DNA of 64,000 bases, taken from the NCBI GenBank assembly GCA_038087875.1, contig CM075978.1:137640001-137704000 (forward strand), written 5' to 3'. This document shows, piece by piece, positions 25,301 through 37,992 of the stretch. The position numbers and the translations under genes were made by a program. Source of the DNA: Malacoraja senta. Its lineage: Eukaryota. Numbering within the stretch: the first letter of the stretch is position 1; each line of letters starts with the position of its first letter. The notes under the pieces were generated by a model, which saw only the letters and a program-made list of their open reading frames with translations, did not search any database and had not been told where the DNA came from.

Positions 25301-25822
25301 TGGGCCCCTAAATCTTTATGTTCCTCTTCAGTTCCTTACAAATGCATTCACACATCTATCCAAGGCTCTAAAAAGTAATAAATAACATAAGGATAGGTTG
25401 ATTTCATGAAAAGTGGCCTTTGTAATTCATCTTAATGTAAAGTGAAATTCTGGACAATAAAATATTCCTAGAAACATTAAGAACATGTACCATTGAGGCC
25501 TGGCATTGGTCATGGTCATGGAGAAGTGGAAACCCATTTGCTGACTATCGTAAGGTTCAGCATTTAATGGAATCTGAAGTAATGCAGCATTTTCTTGTCC
25601 ACTATTTCTCCATAAATACTTTGTGCGGAGAAGAATTTCCTGACAGTTTTAATCCTAAAATTTTACTAATTTGTACCTGTCACTTTGACTTATTCTCAAC
25701 ATCAATCCATAGCCTTCATGCTTGTTGATTTTCCCCAAGATCCCAGTTAAACAGGACCTCAATTTTTAAACTTTAATGAATTAAAAACAAATTAAACTTA
25801 TTAATTCACATTTACAAATCTT

Positions 25823-26120
25823 TAAACTTTAGAGATACAGCGTGGTCCTTCGGCCTGCCATCCGTGTTGGCCAGTGATCATCCTGTACACGGGCACTATC
25901 CTACACACTAAGGACAATTTACAAAACTTTTTACTGATACCACTTAACCTACAAATCTGTATGTCTTGAGTATGGGAGGAAACCGGAGCAGCTGGCGAAA
26001 TCCCATGCAGTCACAGGGAAAATATACAAACTCCATACAGACAGCACCCATAGTCAGGATCAAACCTGGGTCTCTAGGGTTATAAGGCAGCAACACCACT
26101 GCTGCACCACAGTGCTGCCC
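25823..26120 (-). mobile_element. HE1-type V-SINE
   Basis: Reverse complement of the SINE at 2243 (GGGAGGAAACCGGAGC, GGCAGCAAC..GCTGCACCAC). Confidence 0.85.
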
Positions 26121-27619
26121 AAATCCTTCCTGGTATTTGCACCTCTAATCCTTGAAATCTCCGACAGATCTGTAACCAGCCTTCTGAGACAATTATGCTC
26201 CTCTGATTTTTTTTGTAAACCCCAGCTTTTACCTCTTATGCTTTGTCTTATTTCTGGGTGTGAAGCTCAGGTAGTTCACCTCTAAATCTATCCCTAGTTT
26301 ATTTCCATCTTTTAGGACACCCCTTATGACACCACTTTGACCATGTTATAGGTTATCTGCCTGAATATCTCCTCATATTTCTCAGCGTTATTTGTTTTGC
26401 TTGATAACGCTCCAGTGAAGTTGTTCAGGATCGTTATTCTATGTTAAATATGCCAAATAATGTTTTTGCTATTATTACATTTCTGTGCAGTGTCAGCTGT
26501 TATTACCAATTCTACTATTATCCCACATGTCATAATAACCAACCTCCTGGATTCATCGTTTTCAACAATAAAAAAATAACCAGAATTTCTTTCTTTCTTC
26601 CTCATGACGTGTCTTTGATACTAAGGATCAACCATTTGACCTTCCTTTGCCTCCAGCCTCTGAATAACTCCCTTGGATATCAGTCCTTTCAATATTGGAT
26701 TTGGTCTAATTAATACAAAAGATAAACCAAGCATATCCTTTCAAAACCTTCCAGTGCAAATCGGCTTCATTTAAAGTTGCCTTAATTTACTGTCTCTCTC
26801 TCACCTGAAAAAGGTAACGTTTGACTGGAGTTAATGTTGGGATGCCATCCACAGCCCTGAACAAAAAAAAAATACTTTCAGAGAGAATACAAATGGGAGT
26901 TTCTTCCTTTTATTCCATGGAATTATCAATAAAAAGCGTAAGTCGGATGAGTTCCATTTGGGCCATGTTTCCAAAATGGAATACTTTGGCTCAGGCCAAA
27001 TTATTTGTCTTATTTAAATTTGGACTGAGTTCTTTGTTCAAGCAGGGGTTAACTTACAATTAAATCAATACTCTTTTAATAGTCATTATAAATAATACAT
27101 TTTTGACACTTCTACTACATTTACATCATGTATGATGAAAGAGAATTTTCTTTTGTTAAATAACCTGTACCGTATTTTGAAATGAAAACACAAATGACCT
27201 TCATACTCTTTCAAGTAGGACTAAGAGGTTTTCGGGCTAGTGTATAGAGTGCTCTAACAGGCAGCCTTTAACTTTCATTACCCATTTACTATTTCTTTTC
27301 TCTCTTTCCCCTGTTTGTAGCCACTCGCACCAGCACTGCCGGTTTATGAGCATGGATTTGAAGGACAAAGTGGGCTGTCAGCTTTTCACACTGACCCTCA
27401 TTGAGGACTGATGGAACCTGCCACTCATGTATACTGCAGTGCCAGCTCAAACTTACTGTAGCAATTTCATGATGGGTGATCTACAGCCAAAAACTGTTCC
27501 AGATCTTCTCACATTGTTTTCCATGGATGCTGCTGGCATAATTCTTTCCGTATCAAGAATTATGTTGCAAAGATATCATTGCTCTGGAAATGACTTTACA
27601 TGTGCGATATTACTTATTA

Positions 27620-28320
27620 GAGCTTCAGCACAGAAACAGGCACTTCGCCCACCGAGTACACGCCGACCAGCGCTCACCCTGTACACTAACACTATCCTAC
27701 ACACCAGGGTTAATTTACCATTTTTACCGACGCCAATAAAACCCGCAAACTTGGAGAATATGGGAGGACGCTGTAGCACTTGGATAAAGCCAAAAAATGG
27801 TGACTTGACCCCCCCACGACAATGTCTTCAACAATGTCTACAACCTAGTCGACGTCAAGCTACGGCAAGCCACCGACAACCGGCGACCCATTAGGACTAC
27901 CTACGACCACACCTACAACCTACGTCCACCTGCGACAAGCTACGACAAGGTAAGAAAATTCAGTCGCCGGTACCTGTCGCAGGTTGTCGTAGGTTGATGT
28001 GGGTAGTCACCAATGGAATTCACTGAAGTCAGCACCGGCGACAACCTACGTCATCCTGGCGACAACCTATGCCAGCACCTACGCCAGGAGAAGTCAAGCT
28101 ACGCATTTTGGCGTCAAGCCAACTGTCGCCGACTGTTGCCGAAAAGTTTTGAACATTTCAAAATCCAACGGCGACCAGAAAAATACTACGATTCTTTGGG
28201 CGACTGAGGAGACTACTCACGACCATACAGGCGACACCCCGGTGACCGTAGCCACCTAAAAAATCGCCTAAGTGGGACAGGGGCATTAGGCAGCAACTAT
28301 ACCGCTGTGCCACCATGTTG
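27620..28320 (-). mobile_element. HE1-type SINE split and partly deleted by a CpG-rich insertion
   Basis: Tail half at 27620-27780 and head remnant GGCAGCAACTATACCGCTGTGCCACC at 28289-28315. Confidence 0.7.
27785..28285. mobile_element. Putative non-autonomous DNA transposon fragment, one end only
   Basis: CpG-rich arrays of CGAC/CTACGAC in both orientations; ends AAGTGGGACAGGGGCA|TTA; superfamily uncertain, possibly Harbinger-like. Confidence 0.55.
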
Positions 28321-29944
28321 CTCCATTATTGTTATTTATGCATTAAAACATTTTGTATTTAATGTTTTTTGGATAAGTTGCTTTTGGTTATGGAAAGTGG
28401 CAGCTTCAAACTGTAAACTAGTTTAGCCACCTCAAATAATTAGCCTAAGTAACTCCACTGATAGCATTTCCATACCATCACTGCTTCAACAATAGAATAC
28501 CATCCATGTAAGATAAAATAAATAGCTCTTTTATCTTTTCCCTTTGACTTGAGCCTTGAAGCTCCAGTCAAAGCAAATGAAATAGTCAGAGCTCAGGCTT
28601 TGATGTGGAAAGGTAACTAATTGCTAAACAATTAACACAACATAATTATTACTCCTTAGCACATTAGCAAAACATTTTTGAATTTATTAAACCTACCTTA
28701 ACGCATTCCTGTATTTTTATTATTGGAAAGGTCCCGCTATCCTACATGGACTAATAATAAAGTAATGGTAATGCCTTTTTAATGGTTTTTGACAAATAAA
28801 TGATCCTAAACCATTGTCTGTTCTCAAGGGTTTAAAATGCTCCTTCATGTTGATAATACCCCCGATGGCAGGTATGAGTAATCTTTTACTGTACAAAAGA
28901 GATTCAAACTTCAGAGATTGAGATACGCATATCTTATAACACCTACTATAATGATTAAGAAATGAGTAATTAATAGGTATAAAAGGTGAATGCAGAACAT
29001 GATTAAAAGATTTCTCTGCATGGCTGACATTAGGACATCTGTTTCAGCATAAAATAATCATTAATAAAAGCTAACAAATCTGAACACCAACTCTCAGAGT
29101 GATATAGTAAGCAAGAGCAGAAGGAGGTTAAGTACATGTGAAGGGCATAGATTCTACATCAGGGGTGGAACCAGGGGCCTTTGACCCTAGATTTATTACA
29201 TAAGTGTGGTCACCATTTCTCAGCCCATCAAGCAGATTTTTAGATCCTAGCAATGTCACCGAAAGATAAGGAGAGACTAAATGGTTTGCTTAGCATACTA
29301 AACAGACTTTGTGATTTGTCAAACTCCACCATCAACCTTAGAAGCCTGTCCCAAGCTGATCCATCTTCCTAACTAGTTGGGTTGCATTTTGAGGCAGAAT
29401 CAATTCCTGAAACAGTGGCGAAAAGTCAGTAACAAATCACAACCACTCCGTGTTCTGAGCAAGTCACTTGTACCGAGACAGATGCTCTATTTTCTGTGTG
29501 GTGGAAGAGTGTTCACTTCATTCATTTTCTGCACTTCTCTAACAGTTTTACAACACCAAAGCTCTCCCCTGATTGATGATGTATTACATAGTTATATGGC
29601 AACGTTATTATCTGCATCAATCTTTGAATTCAACTGAAAAAAAAATTAACAAAGAACTAAACATGACAGCACATTAATTATTGATAATACTCATTTGTAA
29701 AGAACTTCACCTGTGAGGGAAGCATTCCTCTGTAGAGTGAATGGTGATCAACATATCAGGCATCCCATTAAATGGCAAAGGAATAAATGAGACAAGGTAC
29801 CTTCCCTTAACAGAGGATTGGATCTCTTTAATTGATTGTATTAGGCTTCTGTTTCAGTGCAGCCTACTTGATGATAAAAAAGGAAGCTACAGTATGGGAG
29901 TTTAATGGCACGTCTTGGAAGAGTCAGGGTGCCTGATCTCACAG

Positions 29945-30236
29945 TTTAGTGATACAGCATGGAAACAGGTCCTTCGGCCCACCTTGTCTGCATCCACCAG
30001 CGATCAACCGTATACTAGTTCTATCCCACACACCAGTGACAATTTACAGAAGCCAATGAACCTACAAAGCTGCACATTTTGAGAGTGTGGGCGGAAAGCG
30101 GAGCACCCGGAGAAAACCCACGAGGTCACAGCGTGAACGTACAAACTCTGTACAGACAGTGGGCATAGTCAGGATCGAACCCGGGTCCCTGTCACTGTAA
30201 GACAGCAACTCTACTGCTGCGCCACCGTGCCGCCCC
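29945..30236 (-). mobile_element. HE1-type V-SINE
   Basis: GGATCGAACCCGGG B-box complement, V-domain and tail present. Confidence 0.85.
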
Positions 30237-30274
30237 TATTATTAACATGCACAGTGTCTGCAAGAATGGAGAAA

Positions 30275-31855
30275 TAGGAAATGCAGATGTTGGTTTACAC
30301 AAAAGGACACAGTGCTGGAGTAACTCAGCGGTCAGCCAGCATCTCTGAAGAACATGGGTAAGTCACATTTAGGGTTGGGACCTATGTCCCTCCTTGTGGG
30401 GGGTGGGGAGGAACAGCACCTCATATTCGTCTTGGGTAGTTTACAACCCAATGGTATGAACATTGAATTCTCCAATTTTAGGTAACCTCTAACAACACCC
30501 CCACCCCTTCCCCTTTCTACGAGTGGCGGCGCTGCACCTCGCCTGCAGTCCGTCTGTCTTTCTTCCTTCTTTGTCTTATCGTTAATGTTAGATGTATGTT
30601 AAAGTCTATTTTTAGTTGTGTATTATAGGGGGTGTGGGGGAAACTTGTTTAAGATCTCTTTCTTCAACGGAGATGCAACTTTTTTCCTATGTCGTATCTC
30701 CGTTCGCGCTGCGGCCTAACATTGAGGAGCTGGCATCCTCCAGCTGGAATCAACCTTGAAGGCTCCGGTCGCAGAGCTTGTGGACATACCATCGCGGAGC
30801 TGGCTGACTTTCGGAGGATGTGGTCGCGCTGCGGTTGCTGCTGCGGCTCTACTTTCGGAGGCTTCAGCCGCGGGTTCTGTGGTCTGTAACATCAGGGGCT
30901 CGCAGGTCCCTGGTTGGCAACCGACTTTTCGGGAGCTCCAACCACAGCAGCTTCATCCGCCCCAAATTGCAAGGTTTGAATCGGCCCGTTCGCAGGACCT
31001 TTCATCGCCCGGCTCAGCTCGGCTGTGGGATCTTCCATCGACCGGCGGGGGCTTCAATATCGGGAGCCTCGTGCGCCTTGACGCAGCAGTTTGACAGCCT
31101 GACTGCAGGAGAAGTGCCACGAATCCCTCCTCCAATCGCCGTACTCTATCCTCAGTCCCACCCACCCCCCCCCCCACTCCTCCCTCCTCCAATCATCGTG
31201 CCCTCGATCATCAGTCCCATCCCCACTGTCTAGCGGAAAGCGGAGATTTTAAAATACGGATCACAAAAACTTGGGGGGATGTCCCCCACCACTCAAAACA
31301 TGGGGGGGGGGACGTGTCCCCTCTGGCCCCCCCGGGTTTTCCGCCCCTGCATCACAGTGAGGAGGTGCCTGGAGGAGTCACTGTGATGGATGTTTATGTT
31401 AAATTTATGTAATTGTGTGTTTTGTTTGCTTTTTATTGTTGACTGTACGGCAATGACATCTCGTTCAAATTTAGTTTTGAATGACAAATAAATGCAATCA
31501 ATCAATTCCCACTCTTCCCCCCCCCCCCCTCCTATGTGCCTTCCTGGACACCCTCCTATTTCTCCCCTTTCCCCCTCCTACATTCCTCCTCGCTCTTCCC
31601 AATTTGCAGCTCTTCCATCAGTCTGTCACACCTTCTTCTTTTATCTCTGGCCTTTGTTCCAACCATCTGCTATCAACCCCACTCACCTGTGCCCACCTAT
31701 TACCTGTCATGCTTGGTCCTGGCATTCCTCTCTCCCAGCTTTCTCCATCCCCCCCCCCTTTCAATCAGTCTGAAGAAGGGTCCCAACCCAAAACATCACC
31801 ATGCTCTTCAGAGATGCTACCTGAGGCGCTGAGTAACTCCAGCACTGTCTATCCA
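30275..31855 (+). mobile_element. Penelope remnant with inverted pLTRs, interrupted by GC-rich retroposon copy 3
   Basis: pLTR 30275-30380; GIY-YIG tail (..GGTATGAACATTGAATTC) 30411-30480; pyrimidine-rich 3' region and inverted pLTR 31765-31855. Confidence 0.75.
30521..31506 (+). mobile_element. Unclassified GC-rich retroposon, copy 3
   Basis: Same head, T-block, G-run and GGAGATGC motif; CATCACAGTG tail ending AATAAATG(CAAT)n. Confidence 0.65.
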
Positions 31856-32144
31856 CAATAATACCATTGCTGCCTCAGTTTTTCCCTTTTATGTGGGCAA
31901 TATTGTCTGCTTCAACATGTCACCTGGATATCCAGTGTAGAATCAATCACAGCACATGGACAGAGGGTATGACTCTGGTGACCTATGTCTAAGGTTTCTG
32001 GATCTACAAAAAAGGAGGGGAAGAAGTTAAAAGACCAGCTACTAAGTTCTTTTCATTGACTAGGCTGCCTGAGGAAGGATGGAAAGAAGGAACAATCGTT
32101 TCTTTCAAGGAAGGAAATCTTATAATAAGAATCAACTGACTTTA

Positions 32145-32365
32145 GATAGACACAAAATGCTGGAGTAATTCAGCGGGACAGGCAGCATCTCTTGGGAGAA
32201 GGAATGTGTGACGTTTCGGGTCAAGACCGTCTGATGAAGGGTCTCGACCCGAAACATCACCCATTCCTTCTCTCCAGAGATGCTGCCTGTCCCGCTGAGT
32301 TACTTCAGCATTTTGTGTCTATCTTCGGTTCAAACCAGCATTTGCAGTTCCTTCCTGCACATTTC
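32145..32365. mobile_element. Palindromic pLTR-only mini-element with hammerhead motif
   Basis: Inverted arms 32146-32229 / 32240-32323; CTGATGA-A-GGGTC-TC-GACCC-GAAAC; flanking repeat ATCAACTGAC(T/A)TTA at 32131-32144 / 32366-32379. Confidence 0.85.
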
Positions 32366-33367
32366 ATCAACTGACATTACTTCAGCACGGTGCTTATGAG
32401 GCACATTTAGAATGGTATTAGTGAATAGATTGAAGTAAGTTGTTTACTTAACTTGAAGCAGCACGAGTAGGTTCTCATGTCATAAGAAATAGGTGTAGAA
32501 TTAGGCCATTCGGTCCATCAAGTCTACTCCGCCATTCAATCATAGCTTATCTATCTCTCCCTCCTAACCCCATACTCCTGCCTTCTTCCCATAACCTATA
32601 CTAATCAAGAATCTATCTCTGCCTTAAAAATATCCACTGAACAGTTCTACACAATGGCAGTCTGTTACTGGAAAATTAGGAAGGGTCATTTCATTAAAAC
32701 ATGAACAAATCCAGTTTCCCGACTTGGTGCAGTAGTGACTATTTGTATATACTTCAATTGAAAGAGAGATCCAATATTACAAGACGTGCTTATTTACAAA
32801 GAGTAAATTAAACCTGGCAGTAACATATGTGATTAATTTGTCAGAGGTTTCAACTATTTGATATATTCTTTCACCCATTGGTATCAAACTGACAGCACTA
32901 ATTTGGTTACACAGAACAGGAATGACTAGTTTGTGTTTGCCTTAGCAGTTTTCAATGGATGTCGGAACAGGCCGCATGTTTAAGGGAGATGCAATCAATG
33001 CCATCGCTGGTCAGCTGGCCAGGGTCGAAAATGACTGACTGAGTGCATATAGTGGCCACTTGTTTATAATTGAACACTGCAGACATGTTAGAGTGTGGAA
33101 AACACAACAGGAAAGGAAAAGATTAATCACTCGTTTCATATGTGTGCAGTTTTAACATATAGGTCCTCTGTTTCTATTGCACTCCTTAAGTAGAGAGGGA
33201 TGTGTGTAGGACAATGATAACTCCAGAAGCAGAGTGGAAGGAGAAAAATGAAAAGGGGCAAAGCTAAAGATGAAAATGTGAGTCATGGGGGAGAATTGTT
33301 AAAATAAGTGTAGTGTGGTGAGGCTGGGAGATGTGGAAGAAAATTCCAAATGTTCCAGGGAAATTTC

Positions 33368-33577
33368 TTAGTTTGGTTTAGTTTGGAGATACAACGTGGA
33401 AACAGGCCCTTCGGCCCACCAAGTCCCTGCCGACCTGCGATACCCGCACACTAACACTATTCTACACACACTAGGGACAATTTACAATTTTACCAAGCCA
33501 ATTAAACTACAAACCAGTATGTCTTTGGAGTGTGGGAGGAAAACCAGAGCACCCGGAGAAAACCCACGCAGGTCACT
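33368..33577 (-). mobile_element. HE1-type SINE, 3' half
   Basis: (TTTAG)n tail, GGAAACAGGCCCTTCGGCCC, GTGGGAGGAAA. Confidence 0.8.
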
Positions 33578-33629
33578 CTACTCGTTCAGCAGTGGCACAA
33601 TATTATTGCTATTAATGGAAAAGGTAAAG

Positions 33630-34165
33630 TGGTAATGTTAGATGTCGTGGTCAAACTCCACCTGGAGTATTTCATTCAGTGTTGGACAACAAACCTTGAG
33701 AAAGATGTATTGGCCTTGTTTCACTAACATGAAAGGTGGATTTAGAGCATTGAGTAATGAGGACAGATTGCATTAAGTTGGCATGTATTCCCTGGAGTTT
33801 AGGTAGTTGAGAGGTGATCTTGTTAAGGTATTTAATTAAGGGATTCAATAGGGTGTATGCAGATAAACTATCTCCTCTGGTGATGGAGCACAATCATTTA
33901 ATTACCGTGAGGCCACTGGAATGATATTAGGAAGTAAAATCTCTGCAGTGGAGATCTGAAACTTTCTTCCACTGAAGTCTGAAAATGCTGGATCAATTTA
34001 AAACTTCATGAGTGAGATTGATAGATTTCTGTGAGGTAAGAATATCAAGGGATATTGGACAAAGGCAGGTAAAAGGCAGCTGAGGGACAGGTCAGCAGTG
34101 ATCTAATTGAGTGGAGAAATTGGCTTGAGGGTTTGAATGACTTTCTTCTGTTCCAATGTTTCTAC
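33630..34165 (+). mobile_element. Old CR1 3' fragment
   Basis: KLHLEYFIQCW..KDVLAL and degraded 3'UTR. Confidence 0.7.
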
Positions 34166-34184
34166 ATTGCTTTGTTAAACAGCA

Positions 34185-34630
34185 TACCGGTAAACTGTAG
34201 AAGGAGAAACAGAGCAGTGTTTGACAAAAGTTCTTGCAGCCATATGGCAATTTCTTGCAGCCATATACAGAGCTGTTCCCAGACCAAGCTGCGATGCAAC
34301 CCGTTAGCATGCTGTTTACGGTGCATTTATAGAAGCTGGTAAGAGTTGTTGGAGATATGTCAAACTTCTTTAGTCCCCTTCAATGTGCTTTGTCCAGGAC
34401 AAACTGTTGGTGTTATTTATGGTGCGAAAGTGGAAATGGTTGAGAGCTTCATGTTCTTTGGTATAAATATCACCAACAGTTTCAAAATGGAGTAGTGTGA
34501 GGTTAAGGATGTTTGTGAATATTCCTGCCAACTGATCGATGCAGGTCCTGAGGATGTGAGCAAGAACTGAATCTGGGTCAGTTGCTCTCCACGGGTTCAT
34601 TCTCAGGAAAGCCGATCGGACCGAAGGTAC
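34185..34630 (-). mobile_element. Rex1/Babar-like (or L2) LINE fragments
   Basis: NPWRATDPDSV..ILRTCIDQLAGIFTNILN and LTGCIAAWSGN motifs. Confidence 0.65.
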
Positions 34631-36179
34631 TGTTTTGTTAGCCATGAAGATACCTATTAATTTAAATTTCATATTTAGTACAAATGAACCAACCTATTCC
34701 ATAATCATTCAAAAATGATCTTGATATTTAAAATGAACCAGTCACTTCTTTGATACTTGTTGTTTGATCGTGTTGAAGGAACTCCACTGATGAAATCACA
34801 GAGTCAAAGGATTGCTCCAGCAGATAAGGAAGTAATTCAGTCCATTGGGTCTCCCCCAGCAGCAGATAGACACAAAAAGCTGGAGTAACTCAGCCAGTCA
34901 GGCAGCATCTCTGGAGAAAAGGAACAGGTTTCGGGTTGAGATCCTTCTTCAGACTGAGAAAGGGAAACAGCTGCTCGAACAGCAATCCCGACCGTCACAT
35001 TCTTCTACACTGTCTTCACATCTTGCACAAGTTGCATCTTCACACATTGCATCTATCCATTCTCTTTGACATAATCTTGTTGATTCTGTTTACGCTGTAA
35101 TAATAAACTGATTTTTAAAAATGATAGAAATTGAAAAACATTTTATAAAATCCACATTCTAATTGTTCTTCCCTATTGTACCAAAAGGATTTTTTATCCT
35201 GAATAAAGGTACATGGAGGCGTGTTTCACTGTATGTATCCAGATTGATGTTATGAAAATAACATTACATGTCTGAACGCAACAAAAAAGCTTTTCATTGT
35301 ATTTCGGTACACGTGACAATAAACAAATCTAAACTAAAAAAAGAGTAAAACTAACCCGAAACGTCATCGATCCATGTTCTCCAGAGATGCTGCCTGACCT
35401 GCTGAGTTACTCCAGCACTTTGTGGGTTTTTTTACATATCAGGGTCCTTCTGGGTCTCTCCAATTGGAAGCTCCTGGGGTTCCTTTGATTTGTTCCTTTT
35501 ATCTTGCAGCTGAGTTATGCTCAATGTGTGTGGTTTGAGTCTGGGCCACAATGATTTAGCATCTTCGACTGCAGTGCCCCGAGCCTTTAACAGGATTGGG
35601 TATTGATACACTGGAGGTGAATTCAAAACAACATTTTAAATAGGTAGGAGGGGTTGAATTAGCACGTTCATGTGTTTGATAGCAATCCAAATGACATGTA
35701 TGCACATCACTCATGCAATTGTCTGAAAGAGCAGCTGCAAAACTGTGATACTTAAATAAATGATTAATTTCCTGATAATTGGGGACTCCGGCATTGTTTC
35801 AAAGATGATGTGACACAGGCTCAAATAGCAGAGTTTCTTTACACTGAAATATTAATTATTTCAAAACCAATAGTTTCAGCTTCAGACCAGAATTTAATTT
35901 CAGAAATCACCCCTGGAAAGGAATTATATAGTTTTGAGCTGAAGACAGAATTTATTTAGTTAGAAGCCAAGAACAATAGAGGGAATATTACATTATTATA
36001 TGTATACTATTGTGAGTAGGAGCAAATGAGCAGGCAAATTACAGAAAGATACAAATACTAAAGATGAATGATATCAAAGACTGTGATGATTCTAATATAG
36101 AGTGGAATTGTAAAACACGTGAAGGTCAAGAGGAGAAGGAATTCTGAAAAGCTTTCAGGCAACTTTCATCGACATAAAG

Positions 36180-36535
36180 AGTCATAGAGTGATACAGTGT
36201 GTAAAAAAAAAAAAACAGGCCCTTCAGCCCAGCTTGCCCACACCGGCCAACAAATCCCAGCTACACCAGTCCCACCTGCCCATGTTTGGTCCATATCCCT
36301 CCAAACCTGTCCTATCCATGTACCTGTCCAACTGTTTATAAAACGTTGGGATAGTCCCAGCCTCAACTACCTCCTCTGACAGCTTGTTTCATACATCTGC
36401 CACCATTTGTGTCAAAAAAGTTACCCCTCAGATTCCTATTGAATATTTTTCCCCTTCACCTTAAACCTATGTCCTGTGGTCCTCAATTCACCTACTCTTG
36501 GCATGAGATCCTGATCTATTCCTCTCATGATGTTA
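36180..36535 (-). mobile_element. CR1 3' fragment
   Basis: GAGTCATAGAG tail, ACAGGCCCTTC, CCTCAACTACCTCCTC. Confidence 0.8.
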
Positions 36536-36661
36536 TACACATTGTTCCTTGAGCACTAGTTTCATGCAACAAGAAAAGTGACAGATCAAGACCTTCTGGA
36601 AAATGGAATGGATCATGTCTAAATGGGGAAGCATCTGGAGAAAAAGTATCATGATATCATG

Positions 36662-37593
36662 CAATACAATACAATACAATAAGGTTTTATTCGTCACATT
36701 GCACATAAAGTGCAAGTGAAATGAATTTGCCAGCAGCGGTACAATGAAAAAGAACACACAATACACAATAAAAATTTAACACAAACATTCACCACAGCAT
36801 TCATCACTGTGGTGGAAGGCACAAAATTTGGCCAGTCCTCCTCCATTTTCCCCCGTGGTCGGGACCTCAACCCTCCGCAGTCGCCGCTGCGGGCGTCCAG
36901 ATGAATGAAAGTCAAGGTAGGTCCTGAATCGGTGCCTCCCCACTAGAGACCGCGGCTTCAGGTTAGTGTAGGCCGCAGACCGGGGGCCGGTGATTTAAAG
37001 TTCGTGCCGCAGCCAGAAGCACCGCAGACTGCAGGGCCGGCAGTCGAAGTCGAAGCTCCCCTCCAGGGATCCCCAGCGAGGGACCCCTCTCCCGATGATA
37101 AGTCCATGCCGCGCCCACGGTAGAAGTTGGCCGCGGGCCGGCAGTCAGAGTGGAAGCTTCTTCCTCTACCGGGTCCCCAGCGAGGGATCCCACGCTGCGG
37201 ACGCCGCGCCAGCTGGAGCTCTGCAGACTGCTTCAGGCTGCCGGCTGCCGCGGGCCAGTGAATGGAGCACTCCCTTCCGACGAGCCCCAGCGAGGGCTCG
37301 CCCGCTCCACGCCGAGAGTCCACGCTGCGCCCGCCGCTGAAGCCCCAGGCGCGTCTCCGGGAAAGGCCGCCCGATCCTCGATGTTAGGCTACAGGAGAGG
37401 CGACCTGGAAAAACTCGCCTCTCCATGGAGGAGGCGACCGAAACGGTTTCCCCCTTACCCTCCCACACCACCCCCCACACAAGACACACAAAGAAACATT
37501 AAAAACATACATTAAAACATACTAAAAAAATAGAAAAAGTTGAAAAATACTGACACACTGCTGACAGGGCGCCAGCTTGCAGCGCCCCCACTG
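36662..37593 (-). mobile_element. Unclassified GC-rich retroposon, copy 4 (longest, most CpG-rich)
   Basis: (TATTG)n tail after AATAAA; internal GGGATCCCCAGCGAGGG repeats; head GTGGGGGCGCTGC; ATCATG at both flanks. Confidence 0.7.
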
Positions 37594-37744
37594 ATCATGT
37601 GGGTACAACAGATTTTAAAATGACATGGATCAATCAAGTGGATGGCAGCTTACATCACTGGGTTGAAAAACAGGCTCTGGGATGGAATCAAGATAATCGG
37701 TTAACAAAAAAGAAATAAAGAACGTGAAAGAGCTCACAAAGGAA

Positions 37745-37992
37745 GTAGGAACAAGGAACTGAAGATGCTGATTGATGAAAATAGACATGAAGTTCTGGAG
37801 TAACTCAACGAGACAGGCAGCATTTCTGGAGGACATGGATAGGTGATGTTTTGGGTCAGGACCATTCATCAGACATACAGGAAGTGACTGGAATGCAGGG
37901 ATGACAGGAATGAAGAAGGGTCTCGACCCAAAATATCACCCATACCTCCAGAGATGCTGCGTGTCTCGCTGTTACTCCAGCTTTTATGTCTA
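37745..37992. repeat. Inverted pLTR pair (palindromic mini-element)
   Basis: Arms ~37782-37873 / 37911-37992; TGAAGAAGGGTCTCGACCC motif. Confidence 0.75.

Noticed and set aside
27800-28260. CRISPR-like repeat array
   Set aside because: Units are short and irregular with no constant repeat-spacer period; eukaryotic context and no cas genes
29160-29260. hAT-like terminus CAGGGGTGGAACCAGGGG
   Set aside because: No matching second TIR or TSD found
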